The notes: generated from the sequence alone by a model not told the origin. A stretch of DNA of 64,000 nucleotides from a virus (IMGVR_UViG_3300008255_000007:20153-84152); one strand, 5' to 3'; shown: positions 36,951 to 47,009, numbered from the stretch's first letter. Numbers and translations are program-made.

Positions 36951-37462
36951 TCAGAGCCTCTCCAGTAATGGGTATTTCTTTTATAGTTTATAGCTCCTCC
37001 GGTAGTAAAGTGAGCATCTAAGAATAAACACTCATTATTGGAGGCTGTAGTGTAATGTCCACTATCCAGCTCTATAAAGTGTAATATCTTTTGCTGCTCT
37101 GGATCTTCAGAAAATCCACCATCAAAAAAGTCTATAGAAAACATATATCTACCTATTCCATGTTTAGTTTTAACATTATAGTTTCTAAAATATGATATCT
37201 CTAAGATGCCAGCTTTATTACCTAAAGCTCCCCATTCATGTATTTCTTTCTTATCACATTTTAAATGGCAAATAGCCTCAAGAGGTAGTTTAGAATATAA
37301 AGCACCTTTAGTCGTATGTACGTGAAATAATAAAGGTCTATTCAGTAGTACTGTCACAGCTACTACGTAACAATCCTCGTACTCTCCATGACCTGATTCT
37401 AAATCATGTAAGTACTCACTTCTAACCTTAGCTTTAAAAAATGGTAGGTTTAGAGTTTCCAT
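36947..37462 (-). CDS. conserved hypothetical phage protein
   Basis: VRSEYLHD...GHGEY, GALYSKLPL, QQKILHF; typical codons. Confidence 0.6.
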   Translation of the reverse strand: METLNLPFFKAKVRSEYLHDLESGHGEYEDCYVVAVTVLLNRPLLFHVHTTKGALYSKLPLEAICHLKCDKKEIHEWGALGNKAGILEISYFRNYNVKTKHGIGRYMFSIDFFDGGFSEDPEQQKILHFIELDSGHYTTASNNECLFLDAHFTTGGAINYKRNTHYWRGSE

Positions 37463-37463
37463 C

Positions 37464-38321
37464 TTATAGATTATACCAACTAGTTACTTTAGCTAACAAT
37501 TCAGGATAGCTCTTATAACGCTCTCTAAGGGCTTCTTTTACAGGCTCTACCCAAGCCAGTAGCTCGGTATTATCTCCTTTTACAGAGGCCTCCAGGCCGT
37601 TCCATTGAGCTTCTGCATTAACCCTACGTTTGTTCTCAGCTCCTGGGTGATCTAGCAAGCCTTTATCCATCTTCACGTCAAACTCTTCCTTACTCATAGT
37701 AACATAGTGATGGTTTATAAACCTTTGCATTGGATATGAGGGTTTATTCCAAGGACTAGTTACTTTGTTATTATACTCATCTACGCAGTAGTTACCTGGA
37801 ACATAATTAAATATATGAGGACATCCAGCATGTCCTACTGCTTTACCAGGCTGCACTATAGTTTTAATATGATGGTTAGGCTCTTCAGATTCTGAGGTGA
37901 ATCTTTCTATAATAAGTCCTGGTTCTTTCTTACCTTTCTTATTAGAGTTAAATAGCTTCCAGCCTACAGCCACCCCAGCATATCTTTCAAAAGGCTTAAG
38001 AGCTTCTACTAGCGATGTTCCAGGAGACCAAATCCTCTCGTCAATAGCATGAAAGTGTAGCCATTTGGTAAGCCCCTCTTGTTCTTTGCAGAGGTGATTC
38101 ATCATCCAGAAGTTATTTCTTTGAGTAATATGAGGAGGATATTGACGTAGTTCTACTAGTCCTGCTTTAATATAAGGAACCATCATTTCAGCAGTGTCAT
38201 CTGTAGATTTATTATCATAGAATATAAAACGATCGAAACCTTGTAGTATATGAAATTCTATATACTCAGCGAGGTAAGGAGCCTCATCACGTATCCAATA
38301 AGCGCCTGTCAAATTATACAT
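37464..38321 (-). CDS. glycosyltransferase, GT92/DUF23-like (GT-A fold)
   Basis: RDEAPYLAEYIEFH...GFDRFIFYDN.STD, IKTIV, INHHY.T.S.EEF. Confidence 0.85.
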   Translation of the reverse strand: MYNLTGAYWIRDEAPYLAEYIEFHILQGFDRFIFYDNKSTDDTAEMMVPYIKAGLVELRQYPPHITQRNNFWMMNHLCKEQEGLTKWLHFHAIDERIWSPGTSLVEALKPFERYAGVAVGWKLFNSNKKGKKEPGLIIERFTSESEEPNHHIKTIVQPGKAVGHAGCPHIFNYVPGNYCVDEYNNKVTSPWNKPSYPMQRFINHHYVTMSKEEFDVKMDKGLLDHPGAENKRRVNAEAQWNGLEASVKGDNTELLAWVEPVKEALRERYKSYPELLAKVTSWYNL

Positions 38322-38628
38322 TCTTAATAGCTCCTTTAATGGTAGCTAACTTTTCTTTAAGTTCTTTATTTTCTTTTTCTAAAGCTTCTAAATATTCTTG
38401 ATCTTTTAATAGCAATCTACAAGATTGTTTTATATCTAATACGTAGTCTCCTTGACTAGATCTACTAGTAACTAAAGTTTGAGGGCCTTGCTCTATTACT
38501 AATAAGCCTCTAGATACTAATTCATTTAATTGCTCTAGTATAATAGCTTCTTGATGTTTTGTAGCCTTAGTAAGTACTTCTGAGGCTAGATCCGACATAT
38601 GACTTATTGAATCTTTAAAATCACTCAT
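38314..38628 (-). CDS. hypothetical protein
   Basis: Coupled ORF with a C-terminal coiled coil. Confidence 0.6.
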   Translation of the reverse strand: MSDFKDSISHMSDLASEVLTKATKHQEAIILEQLNELVSRGLLVIEQGPQTLVTSRSSQGDYVLDIKQSCRLLLKDQEYLEALEKENKELKEKLATIKGAIKNV

Positions 38629-38630
38629 AT

Positions 38631-39284
38631 TTAAAAATGCTTTAGACTAGGGTCTAAAAACTCCTTTATCTTATTTATATCATAATCCTGTACCCCAGTA
38701 AATACAGAAAGAGCCTTTACAGTTTTTACTGTGTCGCTTAGTAGGTCTCTATACCATATGACTAAGGCTTGTCCTATAGCGTCAGAGTATATCCTAGTCT
38801 GGTAGTTCTGATAGATACGTCTAGCTTTCTTTTCATCAAAACCATCCCTATCCATAAGAGAGGCGGTTACTTCATCCTCAGACCTAAGCACTATAATATA
38901 TTTAATATCGATACCTAGCTTATCACAAGCAGCTTGGTACAAAGGGACGAGCACACTAATACGAGGATCTTTTAATACTAAGTGATCTTTATCTTTAAAC
39001 TCTTTTTTAAGGAGTCTTTGAAGAGGTGCTCTATTCATAGCAGCTAGCAGCATATGCTTATCCCACTTACTTACGTCATCCCAAGAGCAGCCCATAAAAT
39101 CCAACACCTTTTCATTATGCTTATGGAAAGCCATATGCTCGAAATAGCCTTTAGGGTTATGCTCCGTAGGCGGCATTAGATCATCCCCTAGATGCATACC
39201 CATAGCAGCTAGTGTACCAGCAGTAGCACTAGTACCACTTCTATGACACCCCAGAACTAGATATAGTGTTTTATTCTTTTCCAT
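38631..39284 (-). CDS. sulfotransferase-family protein
   Basis: LVLGCHRSGTS PAPS loop, NPKGYFE, LKDPR. Confidence 0.8.
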   Translation of the reverse strand: MEKNKTLYLVLGCHRSGTSATAGTLAAMGMHLGDDLMPPTEHNPKGYFEHMAFHKHNEKVLDFMGCSWDDVSKWDKHMLLAAMNRAPLQRLLKKEFKDKDHLVLKDPRISVLVPLYQAACDKLGIDIKYIIVLRSEDEVTASLMDRDGFDEKKARRIYQNYQTRIYSDAIGQALVIWYRDLLSDTVKTVKALSVFTGVQDYDINKIKEFLDPSLKHF

Positions 39285-39564
39285 TATAAAACTTCTCTAT
39301 GTCCTCTGGGCTCATGTCTTTCTTCTGAGCTGCGGTTTTACGTTTAAGATCTTCTGAGTCCTGTTCTAATTTCTCTTGTTCCTTTTGCAGACCACTTTTC
39401 TTTTCTTCTAAGATGGCGTCTACAGATTCTGCATCTCCCTGCATTACTTTAATTAATAATTTCTTATTCTTAGTTACTAAATACACTATAAAACCAGCCA
39501 TTAACATAAAGGTTATGGTAATTATCTTCCAAACTTTTATAGTACTTTCTTTTAAGCTATTCAT
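39271..39564 (-). CDS. N-terminal TM plus coiled-coil protein
   Basis: One TM followed by a charged coil. Confidence 0.55.
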   Translation of the reverse strand: MNSLKESTIKVWKIITITFMLMAGFIVYLVTKNKKLLIKVMQGDAESVDAILEEKKSGLQKEQEKLEQDSEDLKRKTAAQKKDMSPEDIEKFYNGKE

Positions 39565-40016
39565 ACAGTTCTCCAGTATTTTTTATGTATAATTGTACCA
39601 TCTATCTTACCAAATAGTCCAGGTTTAACTAATTCATAGCCTTCTAAATCAGCTACAAGTTCATCAACTATATGAGGATACCGTTTACATGCTATTTGAA
39701 TAGCTATATTATAAACAAAAGCTTGGTATTTAAATACGAGTCTTTGTAGCCTAAGTCTGTGAACTACCCTACCTAGAAATAGATCTACTTTATACATCCA
39801 GCTAGGCCAAGTATATCTAACATAGCCAGGCTTTACTAGTTGATGTATAGCCCACCAGCCTGTATAAAAATAAGGATGGTCTCTAAATGTCCCAAATTTC
39901 TCTTTACCATGAGAGCCTATTCTACCGTATCGTCTCCAAAAGTCCATAATAAAATTAATAGCCGTATTCAGGCTATTCCAATCAAAGTCTTCGTCTCCCC
40001 AATTATGATATGGCAT
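39561..40016 (-). CDS. conserved hypothetical phage protein
   Basis: MPYHNWGD...KEKFG; aromatic-rich. Confidence 0.6.
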   Translation of the reverse strand: MPYHNWGDEDFDWNSLNTAINFIMDFWRRYGRIGSHGKEKFGTFRDHPYFYTGWWAIHQLVKPGYVRYTWPSWMYKVDLFLGRVVHRLRLQRLVFKYQAFVYNIAIQIACKRYPHIVDELVADLEGYELVKPGLFGKIDGTIIHKKYWRTV

Positions 40017-40017
40017 A

Positions 40018-41028
40018 TTAAAATTCTCCGTCTACGATATTAGCAAAGTTAGGTCTAATTAAAGAAGCTACTTTAGAATTTAGCTGCTTATATATAAGTT
40101 TAGAATCTTTCTTATCTAAAGCATCTAACTCTTCAGATTTATCTTTTCTAAAGTCTTCAATAACATCTTTATTCATAAGTCCCATAAGCTTTCCAAAGTC
40201 CTTATCAGTTACTACTCCTATTTTAGATAGAACATTTCTTAGCCTATTCTCTATTATATATGAAGCTCCTTCATCTATCAAGCTTTTTATATTATCAGGA
40301 AGCTCAGGCTTAGGAGCTTTAGGTTTATGTTCTTTTTCAGTGAATTTCTCATTTTTATTCTTTATAATTACTCTAGTACCGTCGTAGACGAATAAAGGAG
40401 TAATAGGTTTAATGATAGTACCTTCACATGTGTTATCCTCAAGCTCGGGCAATCCTAGCCTAACAGGGATCATAGTGTTAAAAGTATTAGAATGTTCCAA
40501 GCACTCATCAAGAGTCCCACTATACAAAGTTTCGCAGAAAGGTATTCCATTATTATATAAGAAGCCATTAACATCCTGCACTGAAAGTAAACGTCCGTCT
40601 ACTACAATATCAAAGCCTATAAAATCTTGCTCTGGATTATAAAATACACCTTTTTGAACAGAAGAGTCTCCAGAGGCTTCTACATCTTTATGCGGATAAT
40701 GTCCTCCATATAGTTCTCCATATACAACTACTGTAGTATCTTCAATAGGTCTATGAAAAATACCACAAATATTACTATGCAAGTCGCGTAATCCTTTTTC
40801 ATACTTACTTAGTACTTTTTTATAATTAAAGAACTTCTCTTCTTCTTCAATGAATCCGGAACGCTTAGCCACTTTTATAGAGTTTTCATCAATCCAAAAG
40901 CTTAAATTAGCACCATGTACTTTCTCTTGTACTATATAAGTCTGAGAGTCGTATCCAGACTCTTTTATTTTGTTTATAAATTTAGTTCTATATGAGTTTT
41001 CTATTGAACTGTACTTTTTAAATTCCAT
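40018..41028 (-). CDS. RNA ligase, Rnl2 family
   Basis: EKVHGAN (motif I), YGELYGGHYPH, FDIV, EGTIIKP, IKNKNEKF.EK, plus the Rnl2 C-domain. Confidence 0.9.
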   Translation of the reverse strand: MEFKKYSSIENSYRTKFINKIKESGYDSQTYIVQEKVHGANLSFWIDENSIKVAKRSGFIEEEEKFFNYKKVLSKYEKGLRDLHSNICGIFHRPIEDTTVVVYGELYGGHYPHKDVEASGDSSVQKGVFYNPEQDFIGFDIVVDGRLLSVQDVNGFLYNNGIPFCETLYSGTLDECLEHSNTFNTMIPVRLGLPELEDNTCEGTIIKPITPLFVYDGTRVIIKNKNEKFTEKEHKPKAPKPELPDNIKSLIDEGASYIIENRLRNVLSKIGVVTDKDFGKLMGLMNKDVIEDFRKDKSEELDALDKKDSKLIYKQLNSKVASLIRPNFANIVDGEF

Positions 41029-42745
41029 TAGTAGCTCCTATTACATTTGATTTAGGTCTTATAGTTTTCATAACTAATTTATCTAAGTTATCAAACTTTC
41101 TATATAGTACAGGCCATATAGCCGCCGCACAAAGACCGTTTATCTGCTTGGCTTTTAACCCTAGTATCTTTTTAAACTCTTCAGAGCCTACGCTGACTTC
41201 AGGGTTATCGCACTTAACTCTATCAATTACTTCTGATGCTCTAAGGAGTAATACTTGAAAAGTGTCTTGGTAGAGATCCTCTAGTTGTCTAGTAAGCTCA
41301 TCAGCCTCTTTTCTAAATTCTTCAGGAAGTTGTGTTAGATAGTCTATCTTAACTTTACCATTCTCCATAGACTCATAGAAGGATAAAGGACTCATTTGAG
41401 AAATCATCCTGTGGATTCTGCAGTACTCTGCTCCTTTTATCTTAACCCTAAGTCCTGATTGGAATCTAACTACGAAGCCTTCTTTATCTTTAGGTAGGGT
41501 CTTTTGTAAGGCTACCATCTCACCAATAGTATAATTATACTCTTTTACTAAAGGCATACCTGAAGTCTTAGAAATAGTAAGTAGCTCGTCTCTAGAGCAC
41601 TCCTGCTCTGTGACTAAGTTATTAGCAGCTAGTAAGACCAACTCTTCTCTATTTCCATAATTAGCTACTATTTTATTATCAGGATAGATAATCTCAGCCA
41701 TAAGAGTAGTAGTTTTAGGTATACTAGACATATCATACTTTTTAAGAATCTCTAATCCTTTAACAGCCTGCTCAGAACTAAAAGCCCCACGAGTAGCTAC
41801 TCTCCACTCATTCTTATAGTTATAAATAATACCAAGACTTCCATCCATCTTTTCAGTGACTACGTAAGGTTCGTCTGGCAGATTACTTAGACTAGTCTCA
41901 GACATTTCCCCTAAATTAAAAAACTTGGACATAGCACACGCTACTAACTTACCAGTAGACTTTTCAAAGATAATACCTCTACTTATTCTAGTAATCTCAT
42001 TCCAAGCTCTTTCAAATGTGCACTGATCTGTATAGTTGTATAGTACTAAATCTAAATCATCACTAACTACTCTTCTTACATTCTTAGACTTTACTTCATT
42101 CTCAAATGGCATTAAAGTAAGACTAACATCGGAGCTATATTTATTAGTAAGTCTAGTAGGTATAAAATATTCTCCAGAGTTTTTAAGCTCTAGTATATCG
42201 TCTTCACTAAGAAGTTTAAGATCTGCATCGAAACACACGTCTATCATATTTCTTTTTTTACGATAATGTCCATGTAAATGTCCGTGAAGATAAAAAGAGT
42301 TAGGATTATTAACTGCCCTATATTCTAAGAACCTATTATCCTCTTCTATGCAAGGAGGTAAGTGAGTCATATAAACAGAGCTTCCATCCTTAAGAGTAAG
42401 AATAGTATCTGTAAATACATCCTTCCATCCAGCGTCTAAGTATTTATTTCTTTGTTTAGCTAGTTGATTTTGGTCCTTATGGAAAGTCTTAAATCCAGCA
42501 TCATGATTACCCAGAATTAAATATTTAGTACCATTTAGTTTATTGACTAGATAAGAGTCAAACACTTTAGATTTACTTATACTAAAATCTCCTAAGAAAA
42601 AGACTTTATCATCAACAGCTACTTGAGAGTTCCACTGAGATATAATAGCTTCATTCATCTCAGCTACATCATTATAAGGGCGGTTACAAAACTGTATAAT
42701 GTTCTTATGGTGAAAGTGTAAATCTGACGTAAACCATCTAGCCAT
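41018..42745 (-). CDS. calcineurin-like phosphoesterase fused to T4 Rnl1-like RNA ligase
   Basis: SDLHF.H, LGD, GNHD, HGHLH, then RG.IF, KFFN, EKMDGSL, EGFV, VKIK..Y; start moved to ATG 42745. Confidence 0.9.
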   Translation of the reverse strand: MARWFTSDLHFHHKNIIQFCNRPYNDVAEMNEAIISQWNSQVAVDDKVFFLGDFSISKSKVFDSYLVNKLNGTKYLILGNHDAGFKTFHKDQNQLAKQRNKYLDAGWKDVFTDTILTLKDGSSVYMTHLPPCIEEDNRFLEYRAVNNPNSFYLHGHLHGHYRKKRNMIDVCFDADLKLLSEDDILELKNSGEYFIPTRLTNKYSSDVSLTLMPFENEVKSKNVRRVVSDDLDLVLYNYTDQCTFERAWNEITRISRGIIFEKSTGKLVACAMSKFFNLGEMSETSLSNLPDEPYVVTEKMDGSLGIIYNYKNEWRVATRGAFSSEQAVKGLEILKKYDMSSIPKTTTLMAEIIYPDNKIVANYGNREELVLLAANNLVTEQECSRDELLTISKTSGMPLVKEYNYTIGEMVALQKTLPKDKEGFVVRFQSGLRVKIKGAEYCRIHRMISQMSPLSFYESMENGKVKIDYLTQLPEEFRKEADELTRQLEDLYQDTFQVLLLRASEVIDRVKCDNPEVSVGSEEFKKILGLKAKQINGLCAAAIWPVLYRKFDNLDKLVMKTIRPKSNVIGATNGI

Positions 42746-43157
42746 TATAAACCTCGTATATATCATACTCTATTCTAGTTACAGGCTCATAATTTTCTTC
42801 ATAGAAATCTAGAATCTTATTGGCTAGGGCTTCATCATTAGCAGCTACGGTAGGATGGTTATATCTACTAACTACCCTCTCTAGACAAGTAGCTCTAGGA
42901 GTTTTAAATTCTATAATGTGGATTGAGTACCCAGCTTCTCTAGCAGGTACGATATAACGTGACCTTTGGATACTATTAAAGTTCATACGATCAATTACTA
43001 TTAATTCTTCTCCAGAGTCTAGAGCTTCCTTAAATGCCTTACGATGTCCTTTAGATCCTAGCTCATCTTGATTAATTCTAGTATAGTTAGAGTAGTGTTT
43101 ACAAGATGTAGATTTACCAGCCCCAATAGGTCCTACAAGGACAACTAGTGTTTTCAT
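42738..43157 (-). CDS. polynucleotide kinase-type P-loop kinase (AAA_33-like)
   Basis: GPIGAGKST, INQDEL, VIDRMN, R.....R. Confidence 0.8.
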   Translation of the reverse strand: MKTLVVLVGPIGAGKSTSCKHYSNYTRINQDELGSKGHRKAFKEALDSGEELIVIDRMNFNSIQRSRYIVPAREAGYSIHIIEFKTPRATCLERVVSRYNHPTVAANDEALANKILDFYEENYEPVTRIEYDIYEVYNG

Positions 43158-43804
43158 TGATCCTCCTCAAAAATAAACAACTCATTGAATTTTCTAAGAT
43201 GTTCTTCAAGTCCTATATTCTTAAAGCATACATTACCACTAGTTACTTTGTCAATACCATTTTCTACTCCTACAGCTATAGCGATAGCTAGAGCATCTGT
43301 CATGTCATGAGGAGTAGCTCTGGCCTTTCCGGTAATATTAGATAGGATAGTCTCAGGAACCTTCATATAAGCTTCCACAGCCTCTCTAGTGGGCTGTTTA
43401 TAGTCGCGCTTACCGTTAGCATAGCTGGGCTTAATGCCAAGCACGCGCCTCCAGGAGGGCGGAGGGACCTCTTGCATAGGCACTAGGGTAGGATGCGTAC
43501 ACCTCATTTCCAGTAAGTGGTTGATAGTAGGTACTACCGCTACTCCCATACGTAGTTTAGGATTCATAAAATAAGCTTCAGTAAAGACTTGAGCAGGGAC
43601 TGGAACTATTCCATTTATTAAGTATTCAAATGCATAATGCATATATATTAACTTCTTGCCTTTAGACCAGTTAGGTTTAGTCCAGAGCATACCTGCATGA
43701 TGAATATAAAGTTCTTTATTATCTATCTCAGCTAGAGCATAGGCTAGGTGAGCTGAAGAAGGATCTATAGCAAGAAATGGAACATTTTGAGGTAACTCTA
43801 ACAT
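43154..43804 (-). CDS. RuvC-like Holliday junction resolvase
   Basis: LAIDP, FTE, P.SWR..LG, HD..DALAIA. Confidence 0.75.
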   Translation of the reverse strand: MLELPQNVPFLAIDPSSAHLAYALAEIDNKELYIHHAGMLWTKPNWSKGKKLIYMHYAFEYLINGIVPVPAQVFTEAYFMNPKLRMGVAVVPTINHLLEMRCTHPTLVPMQEVPPPSWRRVLGIKPSYANGKRDYKQPTREAVEAYMKVPETILSNITGKARATPHDMTDALAIAIAVGVENGIDKVTSGNVCFKNIGLEEHLRKFNELFIFEEDQ

Positions 43805-43810
43805 TACCTT

Positions 43811-43840
43811 AGTATATCAGAAATAGCGGGCCGCTGTCAA
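43811..43840 (-). promoter_or_regulatory. sigma70-type promoter, leaderless, with a GC palindrome in the spacer
   Basis: TTGACA-18-(TGa)TATACT, then 6 nt, then ATG at 43804; AGCGG-G-CCGCT at 43825-43835. Confidence 0.8.
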
Positions 43841-43849
43841 TTATACTAG

Positions 43850-44122
43850 TTACTTACTAATAAGTATTACTTTTCGATAAGAACAACTAGAGTCTTCACA
43901 TAAGGCTAGTTTCTTAAGACCTACGTCTATTTCTTTAATCTTCTTACTGCAGATAGGACACTTGTTAGCTTTAGGAGATTCCTGTTCTCTGACTACCTCT
44001 TTTAAGATAATAGTAGGTTTCGCTTTGGCTAGTTGTTTTTTAAGGTCTCTGACTTGAGCCTCTAGGTTACGTATAATTCCTCGTAAGTGTTCAATCTCAG
44101 AGGAAGTCTTTTTCCTCGCCAT
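43850..44122 (-). CDS. coiled coil plus Zn-ribbon protein
   Basis: CPIC...C....C at the C-terminus. Confidence 0.6.
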   Translation of the reverse strand: MARKKTSSEIEHLRGIIRNLEAQVRDLKKQLAKAKPTIILKEVVREQESPKANKCPICSKKIKEIDVGLKKLALCEDSSCSYRKVILISK

Positions 44123-44135
44123 CTAATATAATATG

Positions 44136-44720
44136 TTAGTCCAGTATAGCATCAGCTAAGCCATAAGCTACAGCTTCTTCTGCGGAGATATAATAATCAA
44201 ACTGAATTAACTTCTTTAACTGCGCTCTAGTAAACTTAGGTTTATTTTCTCTAATTCTTTCTAGATATAAATCTTCCATCCACTTATCATATTTTCTATT
44301 CTCTTCTAAAGCTCTCTCTACGTTCTTAACGTGATCTTCTAGGCCTATTTCTCCGTAGTGTAGCATTAGCTTAGCATTAGGCGCTAGAATACGCTCATCA
44401 GCCGCTTGTAGTATGATAGAACCCATACTCATGGCACAACCATATACCTCTATAGTAACGCTATTATTGCAAGCTTTAATAGCATCAAAGATAGCCATAT
44501 TTTCATTAACGTCCCCACCTAAGTGATTCATTATGATAGTAATAGGTTTGTCTCCATTAGGAGCTAAACTATCTAATACTCTTAGATTCTTGATGGTAGT
44601 CATCGACCTAGTAGATTCAAGTGAGTCATCAGGTAAGTTTCCCAGTATCACTAATCTATTATCTACATCAACATCATACTGTAGGAATCTATCAATGTTA
44701 TCATATCTTTTGGTTGCCAT
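44136..44720 (-). CDS. clpP: ClpP-like protease subunit
   Basis: GGDV..MAIFD, GCAMSMGS (Ser), LMLH (His), DYYISAEEAV.YGLAD; start moved to 44720. Confidence 0.8.
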   Translation of the reverse strand: MATKRYDNIDRFLQYDVDVDNRLVILGNLPDDSLESTRSMTTIKNLRVLDSLAPNGDKPITIIMNHLGGDVNENMAIFDAIKACNNSVTIEVYGCAMSMGSIILQAADERILAPNAKLMLHYGEIGLEDHVKNVERALEENRKYDKWMEDLYLERIRENKPKFTRAQLKKLIQFDYYISAEEAVAYGLADAILD

Positions 44721-44721
44721 A

Positions 44722-46008
44722 TTATAAAATCCGAGTATAAGGTTCAATAATCTCCTCAAGGCTCTTATCACTATCGGCTCCTTTAAGCTGTACATATCTT
44801 AAGTCTCCTACCGCATGGTCAGGAGTAACTTCCCATATCTGTTGCGTAGGATGATTTCCCCAGATACCAACTCCACCATTAGCATACTGATCTAGTCCAC
44901 TTAAGCAGCCATTAATCATAATTAAAGCTCCAGAATCAAGAAGCTGAGTAGTAGGAGTATGCACATGTCCTGTTACTAGAACATCTACTTTATTAGCAGC
45001 CGTATTATCAAGATCAGCTAGCATGATATTATTTAGTTGGTTTTTAATGCTACTCATATTAAGAGACTTACCAGGTATACCCACATTAACTACAGTATCT
45101 CCATGCGTCATAAAGTAGCTATGATCGTAAATCTTAAACCTAACATAAGGAGTAAGAGGGATATCAAATTCTACATTCTTATGAGTTTTCAAAGATTCTT
45201 TAATAGCTAGAAACAACATATTCTCGTAGCTATCCCATTTATGAACGGTAGCTCTTTGTTTAGAACTCTTATGCATAGCCCTACCATGATTACCAGGTGA
45301 GCATTTAACACTAATAGATTTAAACTTAGTAGCTAAGAAGCTAAGAGCTTGAGACAGCAATTTAAGTGCTCCTGCGAACTGTTCAGTAAGAAGGTCTACT
45401 GACCATTCTTGGTTGTGAATAACGCCTGCAATCATATCTCCATTAAGTAATACTACTAGGTCTGTTTCTTTTCGATATTCAGGCTTATAGTCTGCTATTT
45501 GCTTAACTAAGAGAGCTAATCTCCTAGCAGCAACTTCCCAGTTAAACTCATTTAAATTACCCATCTCTTGTTTTTCTATATTACACCCAAAGTGTGTATC
45601 AGAGATATTAGCTACTAAAGTACGAGCACTAGGCTTTTTAGACTTCTTAGGAGCCTTAATAGCCTTATGTACTTTAATAGGGCTATCTTTTAGAATCTCT
45701 TGTAGCTCTAAGATAAACTCTTCTTTTACATAAAAGTCTAAGCCATATTGACGGTCTAGTTTGTTCTTATGCTGTCTAATTACAGCAGACGCGGCTTTAG
45801 CACTAAGGTCACTATTATCATCGAAGTGAGCTTTAACTATTCCAGTATAGCCACCCAACCGTCGTAACTGCCAATCTGTTATTTCTAATTCTGTATTCTT
45901 AAGAAATTCAGCTTTAGTAACTTCATGAGGATGCTTTTCTAAATTATCTGCTACTTTTTGTACACTTCTTAATATTCTTGTTAGTAGTTCTTTACTTTTC
46001 ATGTCCAC
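44722..46008 (-). CDS. calcineurin-like metallophosphoesterase with helical N-domain
   Basis: SDTHFG, NGDMI.G, GNHG, THGD, GHVH. Confidence 0.8.
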   Translation of the reverse strand: MDMKSKELLTRILRSVQKVADNLEKHPHEVTKAEFLKNTELEITDWQLRRLGGYTGIVKAHFDDNSDLSAKAASAVIRQHKNKLDRQYGLDFYVKEEFILELQEILKDSPIKVHKAIKAPKKSKKPSARTLVANISDTHFGCNIEKQEMGNLNEFNWEVAARRLALLVKQIADYKPEYRKETDLVVLLNGDMIAGVIHNQEWSVDLLTEQFAGALKLLSQALSFLATKFKSISVKCSPGNHGRAMHKSSKQRATVHKWDSYENMLFLAIKESLKTHKNVEFDIPLTPYVRFKIYDHSYFMTHGDTVVNVGIPGKSLNMSSIKNQLNNIMLADLDNTAANKVDVLVTGHVHTPTTQLLDSGALIMINGCLSGLDQYANGGVGIWGNHPTQQIWEVTPDHAVGDLRYVQLKGADSDKSLEEIIEPYTRIL

Positions 46009-46031
46009 CTTCTTATTTGTTTTAGTACTAG

Positions 46032-47009
46032 TTACTCAGACAGTAACTCACCGTCTTCATTAAGGATTGCTACTGATCCCCACTGATCCTTGTTAGCATT
46101 CTTGTAGTCATCAATAGCTGCTTTATCATTAGGTATGATAGCATCAGCAGTTATGACAAACTCTCCAGTATTGGATGAGTTAGTTACGTGGTTTTTTTCT
46201 ACTATAATCTTAGATACTATTCCGAATTGAATAGACTTGCTATCTTTAGTAGCTGATAGTTTTTTAGATTTACTAAACTTAAGAACTAAACTAGAAGAAT
46301 AATAAATACCCTCTCCTCCGTAATATTTTAAAGTAGTAGGTCCTCCAGGAAAAGCAGGGGGCTTATCGTAGGCATGGTTTATAAAAACTAATCCTGCATA
46401 TTTAGGACTTATTAATTTCCTAGTATCGTCTATTCTATGTTGAATAACTCTCATATTTTCTCTAATGACTCTTGAAGCTTTCATCATGGCTCCTCCAAGT
46501 TCAAGCTCTCCTGTCTTTTTATTAAGCTTAATAGAATCTTTACTTATAGAATTGCCTATAGAGTCTACAAAGAACATAATATCTAAAGGAAGGTCCCCAT
46601 TGCTATGCATATTAAGGTAGTCAATTATAACTTTAAACACGTCCTCTAAATATTCTGCATATTCTACTATACAGAGTTCTTCTTCATTTCGTTGATCTTC
46701 TGGTAAGTCTCCAGTATATTGTAATCCCATAGATCTAGCCCTATCCCAAGATACTTTACCTTCTGTAATAATAAAGATAGGGAGTATTCCTTGTTTTTGG
46801 CACTCAGCAGCAGCATGAAAAGCTAATGTGGTTTTTCCAGTATCACTTCTTCCATAAAGTTGAGTAGTTCTTCCTAGAGGAAGACCAGGCATACCTAATA
46901 CAGGCTTTAAAGCTTCTGCTAAATTAACAAACTTTTCTTTTTTAACTTCATTAATTTCAGACTTTCTTTTCTTTTTTATATCTGATAGTTTAAATTTCTT
47001 ACTTGTCAT
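46032..47009 (-). CDS. recA: RecA/UvsX-like recombinase
   Basis: G.P.GR..QLYGRSDTGKT, VDSIG, FINH, GG..YYSS..L.F, V.KN; start ATG 47009. Confidence 0.85.
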   Translation of the reverse strand: MTSKKFKLSDIKKKRKSEINEVKKEKFVNLAEALKPVLGMPGLPLGRTTQLYGRSDTGKTTLAFHAAAECQKQGILPIFIITEGKVSWDRARSMGLQYTGDLPEDQRNEEELCIVEYAEYLEDVFKVIIDYLNMHSNGDLPLDIMFFVDSIGNSISKDSIKLNKKTGELELGGAMMKASRVIRENMRVIQHRIDDTRKLISPKYAGLVFINHAYDKPPAFPGGPTTLKYYGGEGIYYSSSLVLKFSKSKKLSATKDSKSIQFGIVSKIIVEKNHVTNSSNTGEFVITADAIIPNDKAAIDDYKNANKDQWGSVAILNEDGELLSE

